A stretch of 64,000 bases of DNA from Octopus vulgaris (Eukaryota): contig OX597842.1 of NCBI GenBank assembly GCA_951406725.2, positions 7,068,001 through 7,132,000 of the forward strand, read 5' to 3'. Below the pieces are notes generated by a model. It ran no database searches, was not told where the DNA came from, and saw only the letters and a list, made by a program, of their open reading frames with translations. The position numbers were made by a program, and so were the translations under genes. Each line of letters begins with the position of its first letter. Positions within the stretch are counted from its first letter, which is position 1. Shown piece by piece: positions 39,121 to 52,799 of this stretch.

Positions 39121-41059
39121 GATATATATATATGGGATATGAGGAGTCTTTGTCAGTATGACTCAACCTAATAGGTATGCGTTCTGAATACTCAAATAAC
39201 AGGTGTGTCACCAAAATTCCAGTTTGAACACCAGCTGGAGTTGTGGTTATGTGATTATCTTGTTCAAAAAGGTTAAAGGTGGCTTCCTTCTGAGTCAGTA
39301 GGTGTAGGTTAAAATAGTGGAGGAAGGCAAGCAGTAAGATATTGCATGTTAAGGACATTTACCATAAAAACCCATGTAATTTTTGCACCTGTGTAATTTA
39401 CACAGGTGATTTACAGGATAAAAATTGTTTAAAAGAGCTTCTACTCATGTAAAATTCGCACCCAAAAGTTTTCAGAATTGCCGATACGCCCATATTTAGC
39501 ATAATTTCATATACATATGATTAGATTTTATTAAATTTTCATTAAATAAAAATAATTTCTGTTTAACAGGTATCACATTGAAAGCTGTTAAATTACGAAG
39601 TGTTTGTGTTGTTTATCATAAACTTTGTTTCACATTTCTTGCCAACAAGAGATTATGTCTGATCGTTAGCATACTTCTGTATGTCTTCTGAAATGACGAT
39701 TACAGGAGAAGTTGTTGATAATTCTTATCAACAAAATCAAAGCTGATAAATAGGCACAAGTGTTGCAAAATAAGTTTAATTACCAATAAACATCAGCTTG
39801 GATGACACTTTACTCAACCGACAGAGGAAGGTGACCGATAAAACTGATTATGTAAACAGAATTCTGATTTGTCAAAAGTGTCTTCTTGTCTCAAGCTCTG
39901 ATTTTCTACCTATTCTTGTAATCTTTGATACAGAGTATCGAAATTTGAATCCCTTTCACACTTATAAAATGTCAAGCAAACTTTAAAATTTGTTATTACT
40001 GTTTTAGCCGTGAGACCAAACTGATAGTTTGGTAACCCACTAAAATAAACAGTAAAAATCAAAAGGAGAAAATACACAGCTTTGTAAGTTTAACTCAGTG
40101 TTTATTGAACAAGAGAGGTGCAAAATTTAAGAAGCAACTTGTTAGAGTAAACACATCTGTGAGGAGACAGGAACAAGAATAGCAAAAATCTACAATACCA
40201 AAAGAACTGGTAATACATACAAGTGTTCTATGAAGAGAACATTAGATTGCTGCATAATTCAACATGAATGTGAAGTGATATTAAACATCGTATAAGGTAA
40301 ATGAAGGTTTCTGTAGGAATGCTAAGTCATATTCATTTAGTGAGTTTACATGCGCAAGGATGAATTATGATGTTGTCATCAGCGTTAGATGCAGTAAGAG
40401 CTGGTAGTGGCAATTGTTGGCAGTGATGAATTTCATCGTCCTAATGCAAAGAAAGTGAGCAATAGCTTCCTGGAGGCAAACGCAAGCTAGACTCCCTAAG
40501 GGGAAAAAAACTGATCTATTTAAGGAAATTGCTGGGCTCCATTGCGATAAGTAGGAACTCCAAGCAATGTGAAATATGGCCCAGACCAAGATTACCAGCA
40601 TGAATGTCAAACTTCAAAAAGTAGCTAACCATTTTTAATAGTTTTAGTAAATTTATACAGAAAAAGTAAGCATTATACCATCCAGCATAGATAAAAGTCA
40701 ACTTCATTATATTTTTGCTGTAAAAACCTATTCTGACATTAAATGAGTCAACTTCCGGTACAAATATTTACAATTGTACATCAACCGTCCCATTTATATT
40801 CTGATCCTCATTCCTTGTGAGTATACCCAGCATTTTCCCACCATCTCTATCCTGCTGTCTCCTACTCTCTCTCCTTCTCCTCCACTTCCCTCAGTTGGGT
40901 AACCATGTAATTTCTTTGTGGTAGCACATCTCTTTCTGTCTCCATTCCTGATCTTTCTCTCTCCGGCTGGGTAACCTTGTACTTCCTCTACAGCGAGACA
41001 CCTGCATCTGTCTCACTATAACCTTTTCATCATCCAACACAAGATCACCTCCTCTCCTC

Positions 41060-41430
41060 TTGAAAGTTTTTTTGTCTTGCAGGTACTTGGTGACCCTGTC
41101 AGTGCAGGTGCCACTTAAAAGCACCCATTCCACACTATAAAGTGGTTGGTGTTCAGAAGGGCATCCAGCTGTAAAAACCTTGCCAAGACTGACCTCGTCT
41201 GTGCTTGTTCCTTGTAAAAAGCACTACTCAGCTTGCCTGTGCTTGTGTCACAAAACAGCACTAAGTCCACTCTGCTGAGTGGTTGGTGTTAGGAAGGGCA
41301 TCCAGCTGTAAAAACCTTGCCAAAACAGTCACAGAAGTCTGGTGCAGGCTTTGGCCTAGCCAGCTCTTGTGAAACCATCCCACCCATACTAGCATAGAAG
41401 GTAGACATTAAACAATGATGATGATGATGA
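41060..41430 (+). mobile_element. RTE-related SINE/LINE tail ending in (GAT)n
   Basis: agtggttggtgttaggaagggcatccagctgta repeats and a (GAT)n tail; related to 38300-38497. Confidence 0.7.
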
Positions 41431-42240
41431 ATTATATGGAGTTTACTATATTTAGAGTAATGCAACTATTTTTCTTCCTCTACACAGATACGATAATGTA
41501 TCTGTGTCTATTTCTTTGTGTATGAGTAATGATGTGTGCATTTGTGAGGTACTAAATATCAGCTTGTACATGTATGTCTTTTTACTACCACATAAGTCTT
41601 TCTGTATTACTTCCCCCAACAATGAGTAACAGTTATTTGCACCACAATAAATAAATGTGTGCGAAAAATAGTTTAGTTGGCCTATATTTCAGAACAAAGA
41701 CGGCTTCAAGTTGTTATTGTGACAGAATGCTTGTTAGATGTCTTTATTCCTTTGTGTTGTCTGTGCGTTGTTTATGTGTGTGTGTGTGTGTATAAACACA
41801 TTCTTTTTTCCAAGCATCAAGCTAATATATTTATTGTGCACATCTTCATGTTAACTTTTCTTTTCTTTTCTTTTCCAGGTTTTTTCTTTATTTTTTATTC
41901 GTTTTTTTTGGCTGTATAGCTGTGTGTGTGTGTGTGGAGGTGCAATGGCCCAGTGGTTAGGGCAGTGGACTTGCGGTCGGGGGATCGGGGTTTCGATTCC
42001 TAGATCGGGCGTTGTGTGTTTATTGAGCGAAAACACCTAAAGCTCCACAAGGCTCCAGCAGGGGGTAGTGGTGATCCCTGTTGTACTATTTCGCCCCAAC
42101 TTTCTCTCTCTCTCTTCCTGTTTCTTGAGTAATGCTACAATGGACTGGCATCCCATCCAGCTGGGGGGAACATATACGCCACAGAAACCAGGAAACTGGA
42201 CCCATGAGTCTGGCTAGGCATGAAAAGGGCAACGTTTATT

Positions 42241-42282
<42 letters not shown>

Positions 42283-43025
42283 TGGGTACATAAGTTATTT
42301 GAGGACAGATTTATGTTTATTAAAAAAAACAACAAATTTATGATAAATTTATTTATCAAAAAATGCTATGAGGATAAAAATAAACCTTCTTTTCTATAAT
42401 GTTATTCAATAAAGCCACCTTCAGCTTCAACAACTGCTTCTGTATGAGATCTAAATCATCTACATGCTCGAATCAAGTGGTCCTGGTTCATTTTGGACAT
42501 TACTCTGACTATGGCAGCTTTCAAAGTATCTTTAGTGTTATAGGTGTATTCATTGACCTCTATCTCAACAATGCTCCACATGTAATAGTCCAATGGATTG
42601 AGATCTGGGGAATTAGGAGGCCAAATATTAGGGATTATTTGAGCATGAAAATTTTCAGCCATCCATTCCTGTGTTACAAGAGCCATGTGTGATAGTGCAG
42701 AGTCTTACTGAAACAAATATGGCCTTCCATTGCATACACTGTCTACTCAGGGTTTAACAATTATTTCCAGGACCTCAATGTAGGTGGCAGAGTTAATTCT
42801 AACACCTTGTGGAAAGAAGTAAGGAGGCATCACATGTCCTTCATTGCTGACAACCCCTAAAACCATGACAGTCACAGGAAATTTTGTATGCATAACACTC
42901 GGAACTTCAGAAGAGTTTGCACATAACCATCTGTCATTGCTTCACTTGGTCAAAGTTTTTCCTGTTTGAAAAAAAATTTTCTTCTGCTAGGTTTTTCAAT
43001 TTGTTTAAGAGCCTTTTAGAACTGA

Positions 43026-43662
43026 CTAGCAGTATCGCCTGGCGTTGCTCGGGTTTGTAAGGGAAATAACTATATAAGCATTTTTAGAGAGTTATAGCAA
43101 AAAAATAGCAAAAAATGCATTAAAAATGGAAAAAATATGATGGTAAATTTTTTGAAAAATCGTTGACTCATCGTAGACATTTTTAGAGAGTTACTTCCCT
43201 TATATAATAGCGAAAAAATGCATTAAAATGGAAAAAAAACGATGGTAAATTTTTTTTTAAATCGTAGACTCATGTAGATGCTTTCTTAGCCATTTCTGTT
43301 TTGGTGTCTTCAAGCCATGAAGTCGTTGTTCTAAAAGAACGCTCGTCTCCTTGACAACGCATTACGACGTTGATTTCCTTACACTCCCTTCCCCACAGGT
43401 GCAGGTGTGAGCGTGGACGCCAACTCCGCCGCCATCGACACACGAAAAATTATGCATTAAAATGGAATAAAAAATGATGTTAAATTATTTTTAAAATCGT
43501 AGACTCATCGTAGACGCGCGCTAATACTCAGACGGGCTCGATATGAATCACGACTATAAGCTACCTGAATTTGGTTAAACTGCACCGCAAAATGTGGGAG
43601 TAGTTAGGAATCTAAATCGAAGGGGACAGACACTCACACAACTACAGTTTTATATATATAGA
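43026..43662 (-). mobile_element. Non-autonomous Helitron
   Basis: Minus strand reads A|TCTATATATATAAAAC ... CCCGAGCAACGCCAGG hairpin ... CTAG|T, an insertion between A and T with no TSD. A similar 3' end occurs at ~37122-37147. Confidence 0.8.
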
Positions 43663-43674
43663 TATACATAGCGC

Positions 43675-43945
43675 AGTAGTGGTGAGATGTGACAGCAAAG
43701 AAAAGCATACATTCACTCTCTGCATGCAATTAGACTCGGAAAGTTCGTGAGGAACCCATTGACCCAATTTGCTGACTTTTCCGATAGCACACAGGTCTCA
43801 ATGAATGGTTGAATGACCAAATCCAAGCTTCTCTGCTAGTTCCTCAACAGTTACGATGAGATTTTGTTCCACCAGGGTTTTCAGGATGTCCTTGTCGAGT
43901 TCTACAGATCTTTCAGGATGAGGCTCGTCTTCTAGGCTGTTCCAA
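43675..43945 (-). mobile_element. Mariner transposase fragment
   Basis: Minus strand encodes SLEDEPHPERSVELDKDIL..TVEELAEKLG..STI..GKVSKLGQWVPHEL. Confidence 0.85.
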
Positions 43946-44139
43946 TATAGCTTTGAAAAAAATAGCTGTTAAAATCGAAATGCACTCTTCAAAGCTTGCA
44001 CTATGAATAAGGACAAGATAAAATTACTACCTGCTTTTATAGCAAGTTAATATAAGTAGTTTATCCCATTCCCCTCTGACTTTTAGTTCAAGCTGTTGAA
44101 AAAACCGCATTATTATATATATATACATACATACATACA

Positions 44140-44171
<32 letters not shown>

Positions 44172-44483
44172 CACACACACTCTCTCTCTCACACACATGC
44201 ACACATTTATATTCTGTTATTCTTTTATATGTTTCAGCCTTGAGGATGTGGCCATGCTGGATCATGTGTGTGTGTGTGTGTGTCTATCTGTTTGTCTGTC
44301 TGTATGTATATATGTATATGTATGTGTGTGAACAATAATATTTTCAACAGATGTGTTGCAAATGTATCTGATTGTTCTCAAGCTTCAATACTGTGTGTGT
44401 GTATATGTGTGTGTGTGTGTATGTATGTATGTATATGTATGTATGTATGTGTGTATGTATGTATGTGTGTGTGTATGTATGTA

Positions 44484-44514
<31 letters not shown>

Positions 44515-45787
44515 ATGTATGTATGTATGTATGAGTGTTCCTCAAATCACTATCTCTGGCTATTTACTCTCTTCCAAGAACATTTTCACTCACACTTATG
44601 TGTTAGCTTCCCATACATTTTACTCATGTATCTATCAGCGTGATAGAGAGAAACAAATATTACATCTAGTTTCACTTTATTCGTTGCCCACTGTGTGTGT
44701 GCGTTTGCGTGTGGTGTAAACCAGACTAAGAAAAGCATTTGACACACACACCAGAATGTGAGTTTTCTGTAAATTATGCTTAATTGGAGTTTAAATTTTA
44801 AAAACTGGACCTGGCATGACGCGATGCATTGTACTCTTAAAACTGCTAGGTAAATTGTAATTGAAGAAATCCTATATTGTAGATTTGTATAACTCCCAAA
44901 GGGAGGCAGATAAAATCTGCCTTTTATAATAAGAGATGTAGTGATTTTCTTTTGCTCTTTCTGACAAATTGACCTTTCCTCATCATAGAAGACTTATATG
45001 CCTTTGTGCTGTCTTTGTGGACAACATTTCTGGCTGTTCCTTCTGACACATGGAGATCTTTTGCAATTGACCTCATGGATTTTCTGGGATTGTAATCAAT
45101 GGTCCGTTGAACTTGCTGGATAAATTCAGGTGTTCTAATGATTTCAGAGCATTTAGAATGATTTTTATGCTTTGATACTGGTGATATGCTTCCATCTTCA
45201 GTCTTTGGCTCCTTACAAACTTTGTAGACAAAAGAGATCTGGCAGCTTTTAAAACTCGAGATATTTCTAAATCACTATGCTCAGCCTTTACAACCACAAT
45301 AACAGGATGCCTCTCCATTTCTTGAGTAAGCTGAGGGTCTGCCATTATTATTTTCTGAAACAAAGATTTTACAGAGTTAGCAAAATATGCAGCAATGACC
45401 CAAAAATAGTATGTCCACAAATACCTTACACATCCTGTATATATATAAATATTTATAATAATTGATGAAGGAAACAGAAGATAGATTTGGCACTAGTCTT
45501 TATTCAGAACAACAATCGTTTCAACCCATCCTGCAATTGTCCACTATGGGTAGGAATTTGTGCATCTAATTGCACTGCATCAATCTGTGCAGTTTGCATC
45601 ACATCAGATACATGCACAAAGAAGGGAATGTCCCTCTAGATATACTGAGATGTCTTAGGCATGTTGTTTGTACCTGTTACACACTAATTGACATATACCC
45701 ATTAGTCTAACAAATAAAATAAATATATATTCATGTCATAGTATTAATTGATAGTAGGAGATGGATTTCGTATTAGACTTTAATTAG

Positions 45788-45832
45788 GTACAACATATGT
45801 TTTGACCCTTCAGTCTGGGTCGCGTCAGGTAC
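45788..45832 (-). ncRNA. Degenerate hammerhead motif
   Basis: Minus strand reads GTAC CTGACGC GACCC..GGGTC AAAAC ATAT GTT^GTAC. Helices are intact but A9 and G12 are mutated. Confidence 0.6.
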
Positions 45833-45942
45833 ATTGATGAAGGAGTCTTACTGGATACTTTTTGTGTTGGTTGGCTTGTTATATGTCCATCTGGTTCAAG
45901 AATGATAAAAGTTAAAAATAAAAAATTTATGTATATATTTAT

Positions 45943-46335
45943 AGGCGTAGGAGTGACTGTGTGGTAAGTAGCTTGTTTACCAACCACATGGTTCCGGGTT
46001 CAGTCCCACTGTGTGGCATCTTGGGCAAGTGTCTTCTACTATAGCCTCGGGCCGACCAAAGCCTTGTGAGTGGATTTGGTAGACGGATACTGAAAGAACC
46101 CCATCGTATATGTGTGTATATATATGTGTGTGTGTTTGTGTGTCAGTGTTTGTTCCCCCAACATCACCTGACAACCGACGCTGGTGTGTTTACGTCCCCG
46201 TTGCTTAGCGGTTCGGCAAAAGAAACCGATAGAATAAGTACTAGGCTTAGAAAGAATAAGTCCTGGGGTCGATTTGCTCGACTAAAGGCGGTGCTCCAGC
46301 ATGGCCGCAGTCAAATGACTGAAACAAGTAAAAGA
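45943..46335 (+). mobile_element. SINE family A copy
   Basis: Consensus match. Confidence 0.9.
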
Positions 46336-48005
46336 GAGTATGCACTGATATATAGATACACATCAGAATACTTTTTCCAAATTTCAAGTTTCATTCTGTA
46401 GATATATATATATGTGCGATCTTTAACAAGTATGCGTGACTGTGCCCCCATCAGTTTTTAAATTTTTTTTTTATCATATTAAATTCTGACACAGTAATAA
46501 TTTATGCCATCTGAAAGGTATTTGTAGAAAATTTCATTCAAAAAGGGCAGTTCTTTTCTGTAAGTGACGAGGAAATAAGGCTGGCATGAGTGAATTTTCT
46601 GAAACTCCCCTTCCCATCCTTGGAAAATAATTTTCACAACAAATATCCATGTTAGCTGAATCTACACCATCTGAAGTGGGTTTGTAGAAAATTTAATTGA
46701 AAAATATTCATTTTTCTGAATGTTACGAAAAAACAAAGTCGTGATTGGGGCACGTTTGTGTAGTTATACTTTATTCTTTACAAGGACTTCGTATATATTT
46801 TTACCTACAAAAGCGTGCCCCGACTTCAAGCAAGGCATACCTACATAAATGTGCCTCACCACTGAATTTGTCTCCTCATAACTTTCATAATTATGAATGA
46901 ATTTTTAAAAAAATAAAACTTTGTACGAATACACTTCAGATGTAGATTACGATTATATCTGAATTTAGTATGATAAAATAAAATTGGTGAGCTCGTACAC
47001 ATTCAGCTACAAATTAAAACTTGAAATTTCGAAAAAACAGTTGTGATGTCTGTCAGTATGTATAAGTGCGAGCCCATTAATTTATTACATTTTTTTTCAA
47101 TATTTAATTCCAGTATAATCGTAATCTATATCATATGAAGCGAACTTGTACAAATCTTCAATAAAAAGTACTAAAGCCTTGTGAGTGGATTTGGTGGACG
47201 GAAACTGAAAGAAGCCCGTCGTGTGTGTGTGTGTGTGTGTACGCGTGTGTGTGTATGTATGTGTGTGCGTGTGTGATTGTGTGTGTTTGACCCCACCAAC
47301 ATCGCTTTACAACCGATGCTGGTGCGTTTACGTCACCGTAACTTAGCGGTTCGGCTAGGAACCGATAGAATAAGTACAAGGCTTACAAAGAGTAAGCCCT
47401 GGGGTTGATTTGCTCGACTAAAAGGCGACGCTCCAGCATGGTCGCAGTCAAATGACCGAAAAAAAGTAAAAGAATAATTACGAAAGTTGTAAAAATACAA
47501 ATTCAAGGTGGGCGGGCACATTTGTGTAGGTATGCCTTGTTCGGGGTTGGGGTACGTTTCTGTAGGTTTGCTCAGTAAAACATTACCAAGTACTGCGTAA
47601 ATACGAAATAAACTTTTACGTCATAAGGCATAACTACAGAAGTTGGATGGGGCACGGTTGTGTAGGTTTGCTTGTTATTGTTGCATTTAGACGGGGGTTA
47701 TACCTCGCACAGAGTGACAGTTTGTTTGTTTGTGTTTCTTTTTCAATAAATCGACTTTATCTGAAGTGAATCTAAACCATTACAACCACTTCTGAAGTTT
47801 TAAAGGTCATTTCTTGCGTTTTATCCCCAAATAGGTCGTCATATGGTACTCGGGGTTGGCGGGGAGGACACAAGATCCGAACCAATATATGACTCACACA
47901 CAAATATCTACATACATGCATTTAGACACTAAACGTAGTATTTTGATATACACACCCACACATGACAGACACATAAACACGTACTTGAAAACATACATAC
48001 ACACA

Positions 48006-48400
48006 CGGCTCTGTGGCAAGTAGCTTGTTTACCAACCACATGGTTCCGGGTTCAGTCCCACTGCGTGGCACCTTGGGCAAGTGTCTTCTGCTATAGCCCT
48101 GGGCTGACCAATGCCTTGTGAGTGGATTTGGTAGACGGAAACTGAAAGAAGCCTGTCGTATATATGTATATATATATGTATGTGTGTGTGTGTTTGTGTG
48201 TCTGTGTTTGCCCCCCTGGCATTGTTTGACAACCGATGCTGGTGTGTTTACGTCCCCGTAACTTAGCGGTTCAGCAAAAGAGACCGATAGAATAAGTACT
48301 AGACTTACAAAGAATAAGTCCTGGGGTCGATTTGCTCGACTAAAGGCGGTGTTCCAGCATGGCCGCAGTCAAATGACTGAAACAAGTAAAAGAGAGTAAA
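48006..48400 (+). mobile_element. SINE family A copy
   Basis: Consensus match. Confidence 0.9.
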
Positions 48401-48996
48401 GAGTGTATGTAATATTACACGCTGTATAGTATAACCTTTCACATATTCACGCCCACACACGCAACATTCACACACTGATACATTCACACAATCACACACA
48501 GTAAGTGATTCATACAGTACACCCATTCACACACACACACTCCCTCTCTTTCTCTCTCACACCCTCTCTCTCTCTTTCCCTCTCCCTCTTTCGCTCTCTC
48601 TCTCTCTCTCTCTTACATAAAAATCCCGCCTCTCTTTCACTCTTTAGTTCAGAGTAATAATCAACTTCGAGACAGCACAGACTTGAAACCTTAATCGCTC
48701 CCCAGCCGTTTGTGCTTCACGAATTGCTTCTGCCACAACTGGTCGTAACAAATAAGGGATTAATTACAAACCAGAACACTGATTAATTGTTTTAATTAAT
48801 CAAGGATTTGAAAAATAACAGACGATTAATAAGCAGAAGTAAGTTATAGCTTCCGTCTATTTTAATTTGTTGTAATTATATAAATGTTTTTGCTGTTGTG
48901 GTTACTGTCGTTCATTAGCCCCGGGTCAGTCCTGATCCAACAGATCTAGGATGTGAGATATTCCGAACGTGACCATCCCGTCTTTTATTCAGACAT

Positions 48997-49208
48997 ACCT
49001 ATTTCTTTACTACCCACAATGGGCTAAACACGAACGGATTAAGTCGATTACATCGACTCCAGTGCGTAACTGGTACTTATTTAATCGACCCCGAAAGGAT
49101 GAAAGGCAAAGTCGACCTCGGCGGAATTTGAACTCAGAACGTAAAGACAGACGAAATACCGCTGAGCATTTCGCCCGACGTGCTAACGTTTCTGCCAGAT
49201 CGCCGCCT
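48997..49208 (-). mobile_element. SINE family D monomer with ~15-bp TSD
   Basis: Consensus match, flanked by ttttattcagacatacc on both sides. Confidence 0.88.
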
Positions 49209-49582
49209 TTTATTCAGACATACCGTACCAAGGACTATTCTATCTTTCTAATGAGTAATATAGCAGCTTGTATTTGTGACTATAATTGTTGTTTGGTCTC
49301 AGGTCAGTCCTGAGCCATCAGACCCTTGATGTAAGATGTTCCGGACATGAGCATCCCATCAGTTAATGCTTGGTGTAAACATTAACGTCCCGTCTTTTAT
49401 TCATACATAGTGTATCATATAGTAACTATCATAAGTGGGGCGAAACTAAAGAATACGCACACACAGTCTTAAATTCTCACGATATATATATATGTGTGTG
49501 TCATTGACCGCGTGTGTACCGTTGGCGATTGTTTTTTTTTCCCCCCTCTGTCTTTCCTTCTTTGGATCTTTCCTTTTCCTAT

Positions 49583-49617
49583 GTTTCTGACGAAGAGCTC
49601 CGCTCGAAACGTTAAAC
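49583..49617 (+). ncRNA. Minimal type-I hammerhead ribozyme, intact, inside a short non-autonomous PLE-like repeat (~49495-49705)
   Basis: GTTT CTGACGA A GAGC TCC GCTC GAAAC GTT^AAAC. Helix I is GTTT/AAAC, and the palindrome AACGTT replaces helix III (dimer type). Confidence 0.85.
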
Positions 49618-50319
49618 TCTTCTTCTTCGCTTCCTTCCTGAGCGTCCAATAATACTATATTTGTTCCACGTCCTCGTGTTGTGTTTTCATGTTTGGATTA
49701 ACTATATATATATATATATATATATATTACTCTTTTTCTCTTTTACTTGTTTCAGTCATTTGACTGCGGCCATGCTGGAGCACTGCCTTTTTTTAGTCGA
49801 GCAAATCGACCCCGGGACTTATACTAAGCCCAGTACTTGTTCTATCGGTCTCTTTTGCCGAACCGCTAAGTGACGGGGACGTAAACACACCAGCATCGGT
49901 GTCCCCCATGCTAGGGGGACAAACACAGACACACAAACACACACACACACATAGATATATATATACATATATACGACAGGCTTCTTTTAGTTTCCGTCTA
50001 CCAAATCCACTCACAAGGCATTGGTCGGCCCGGGGCTATAGCAGAAGAAACTTGCCCAAGATGCCACGCAGTGTGTGTGTGTGTATAGTGAATTTTTCAT
50101 ATATATGTATGTGTGGGTGTATATGTAGCCGGTCAATCGGTTTTACGCTCGAGAAAGTGAAAATTTGTTCGGCAAGGTATTGGCATATATGCTGGAGCCT
50201 CGTGGAGCTTTAGGTGTTTTCGCTCAATAAACACACACAACGCCCGGTCTGGGAATCGAAACCGCGAGTCCGCTGCCCTAACCACTGGGCCCTTGCGCCT
50301 CCACACACACACAGACACG

Positions 50320-50370
<51 letters not shown>

Positions 50371-50513
50371 GGGTGGGGCAGAATGAGTAATTTCTGTCTT
50401 TTTTTTTTGTCATTTTATCATATGTAATACAGTTCTGTATTTAAGAAATGAGGAATTATTTATATTTAACGTATGTTTGTCCCCATCCTGTTTCTTCGGC
50501 TGATATAGCCAAG

Positions 50514-50552
50514 ACACCTGATGAAGGCTTGGAGGGTATCTCAGCCGAAACA
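50514..50552 (+). ncRNA. Hammerhead motif with cleavage strand deleted (family of 10118/10400)
   Basis: GACAC CTGATGA A GGCT..AGCC GAAAC, then jumps to aaacaagatg. Confidence 0.5.
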
Positions 50553-50573
50553 AACAAGATGGGGACAAATATC

Positions 50574-51000
50574 CGTCTAATGTAAATAATTCTTCCCAAG
50601 TTTTCGAAATCATTATTGCGTCATTATTTTGACCTGGTTCATCATACTTAATAATAAAAATTAGTCAGCATAGTTGTTAAGTTCAGACAGTTCGAAACAT
50701 AAGAGGTAGCTCCTCTTTTTCCAAGAAATTTTCGTCTGGGGAGTGTTCTACTATTTTCACGTTAGTTTCACAAGCAGGTTGTTTCTGTTGATCGGAATGC
50801 GAGTATATATGTGTACAACACTCCCCAGACGAAAATTTCTTGGAAAAAGAGGACTTACCGCTTTTGTTTCGAACTGTCTGAACTTAACAACTATGCTGAC
50901 CAATTTTTATTATTAAGTATGATGAACCAGGACAAAATAACGACGCAATACTTACAATGTAATGATTTCGAAAACTTAGGAAGAATTATTTACATTAGAC
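50574..51000. repeat. ~175-bp inverted duplication adjacent to hammerhead repeat
   Basis: 50574-50748 is the reverse complement of 50817-51000. Confidence 0.9.
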
Positions 51001-51015
51001 ATATATATGTTTCAA

Positions 51016-51405
51016 CGCAGGAGTGGTTGTGTGGTAAGTAGCTTGTTTACCAACCACATGGTTCCGGGTTCAGTCCCACTGCGTGGCACCTTGGGCAAGT
51101 GTCTTCTACTAAGCCTCGGGCCGACCAAAGCCTTGTGAGTGGATTTGGTTGACGGAAACTGAAAGAAGCCCGTCGTATATATATATATATATGTGTTTGT
51201 GTGTCTGTGTTTGTTCCCCTAGCATTGCTTGACAACCGATGCTGGTGTGTTTATGTCCCCGTTACTTAGCGGTTCGGCAAAAGAGACCGATAGAATAAGT
51301 ACTGGGCTTACAAAAGAATAAGTCCCGGGGTCGAGTTGCTCGACTAAAGGTGGTGCTCCAGCATGGCCGCAGTCAGATGACTGAAACAAGTAAAAGAGTA
51401 AAAGA
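51016..51405 (+). mobile_element. SINE family A copy
   Basis: Consensus match. Confidence 0.9.
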
Positions 51406-51773
51406 ATAATGAAAGGGTAAAATTAATTAATTATTATTAATTTTACTACGTAGTTCGGTACGTTAAAATAACCTTTTTAGGTAAAATTATACAAATATTC
51501 TATAATTATAAACATAATTATAATTAGGGGTCAGCTAATTGCTTCGCCCTGCACCGAATTTAGAAATAGGAGTTAAAATACCTTTTCCGCTACTATAAAT
51601 ATTTTAACACCTTTTTCTAAATTCGGTGCCTGGCGAAGCAATTAGCTGACCCCTGATTATAATTGTTTATAATCTATTAACGGTTTTTAAAAAAAAAATA
51701 ACTTGCTAGCATTCCCCTTCATCATATACGCGGTAATCACATTCGGTTAAAATGACTTATTGATGTGTTTTGT

Positions 51774-51860
51774 TTCCCTGATGAGATGATTGCATTGTTT
51801 TACATAATTTCTATTCCCTCCGGAATGATCTCAATGCTTTCTTCGAAACATATGTTGGAA
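51774..51860 (+). ncRNA. Type-I hammerhead ribozyme, intact core
   Basis: TTCC CTGATGA GATGATTGCATTG..CAATGCTTTCTTC GAAAC ATAT GTT^GGAA, with palindrome ACATATGT. A ~60-bp-arm hairpin lies upstream at 51518-51664. Confidence 0.85.
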
Positions 51861-52060
51861 GTATAAATGATTTGAGTGACACCTTCGTTTGACTCCATTT
51901 CTTAATTTATCAATGTTATAGAAAAACATTTCACTTAACCCTGGAATTTCTACCTTTATAAGTAGGCTGTAATATCCTTGACACTTATGTGAATTTTTGC
52001 TACCCTGGTAACTATTTATGTTTTCTTTGTTATTTGTACACATTGAAAAAATACACATAC

Positions 52061-52167
<107 letters not shown>

Positions 52168-52170
52168 ACA

Positions 52171-52396
52171 CAGGGTTGGCCCAAAATCACCCGACAGTAA
52201 ATCAAAATTCCATAAATACTCTCTGTAATTCTGTGCTGACTTGAATGGGAAAATGTGTCACTCAAGAAGGACTTCAGTTTGAACAATTTTCATGGTGTTT
52301 CATGTTTAGATGTTTTTATTAAATTCATTCAGTTGTTTAACATAAATAAATCTTGGAAGTAAATGGTTTTGATTTACTGTCAGGGGACTTTAGCCA

Positions 52397-52402
<6 letters not shown>
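52171..52402. mobile_element. Short Tc1-type MITE in (TA)n
   Basis: Termini CAGGGTTGGC ... GCCAACCCT within TA repeats. Confidence 0.65.
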
Positions 52403-52440
<38 letters not shown>

Positions 52441-52799
52441 AAAGTAAAAAAAATGCAAACTGGGACAAGAACGTGAAACATTTAGAAGACGACACAAAAA
52501 AACACGGACGGGACATTCGAAGCCTTCAATCTTCAGTCAAGAACCGGATCATCTTCGCAATTTCGGCTGATATATATATATATATGTCTCCAAGCAATAC
52601 ATGTCTCAGAGCCTGAAGATTGCTTGGAGACACAAAGCATACTATACAAATCTGCCTAATCTCAATAGATATATAAAATTTAACAGACAAATTATTTAAA
52701 ATAAGAGCTATTAATAGATTTTTTTTTTATTGGCATATATATATATATATATATATGTGTGGCAATACATATACATATATACATACACACACACATACT

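Larger units (their letters stand above)
42282..45437 (-). mobile_element. Decayed maT/DD37D-like Tc1-mariner transposon with nested insertions
   Basis: Degenerate TIRs CTGGGTACATAAGTTATTTGAGGACA / CAGGATGTGTAAGGTATTTGTGGACA with TA flanks. N-terminus ...HSDLEISRVLK (~45200-45340) and C-terminus WPPNSPDLNPLDYYMWS (42456-42686). Confidence 0.8.

Noticed and set aside
39041-39358. 105-aa ORF
   Set aside because: No recognisable domain and it runs into a SINE; unsupported.
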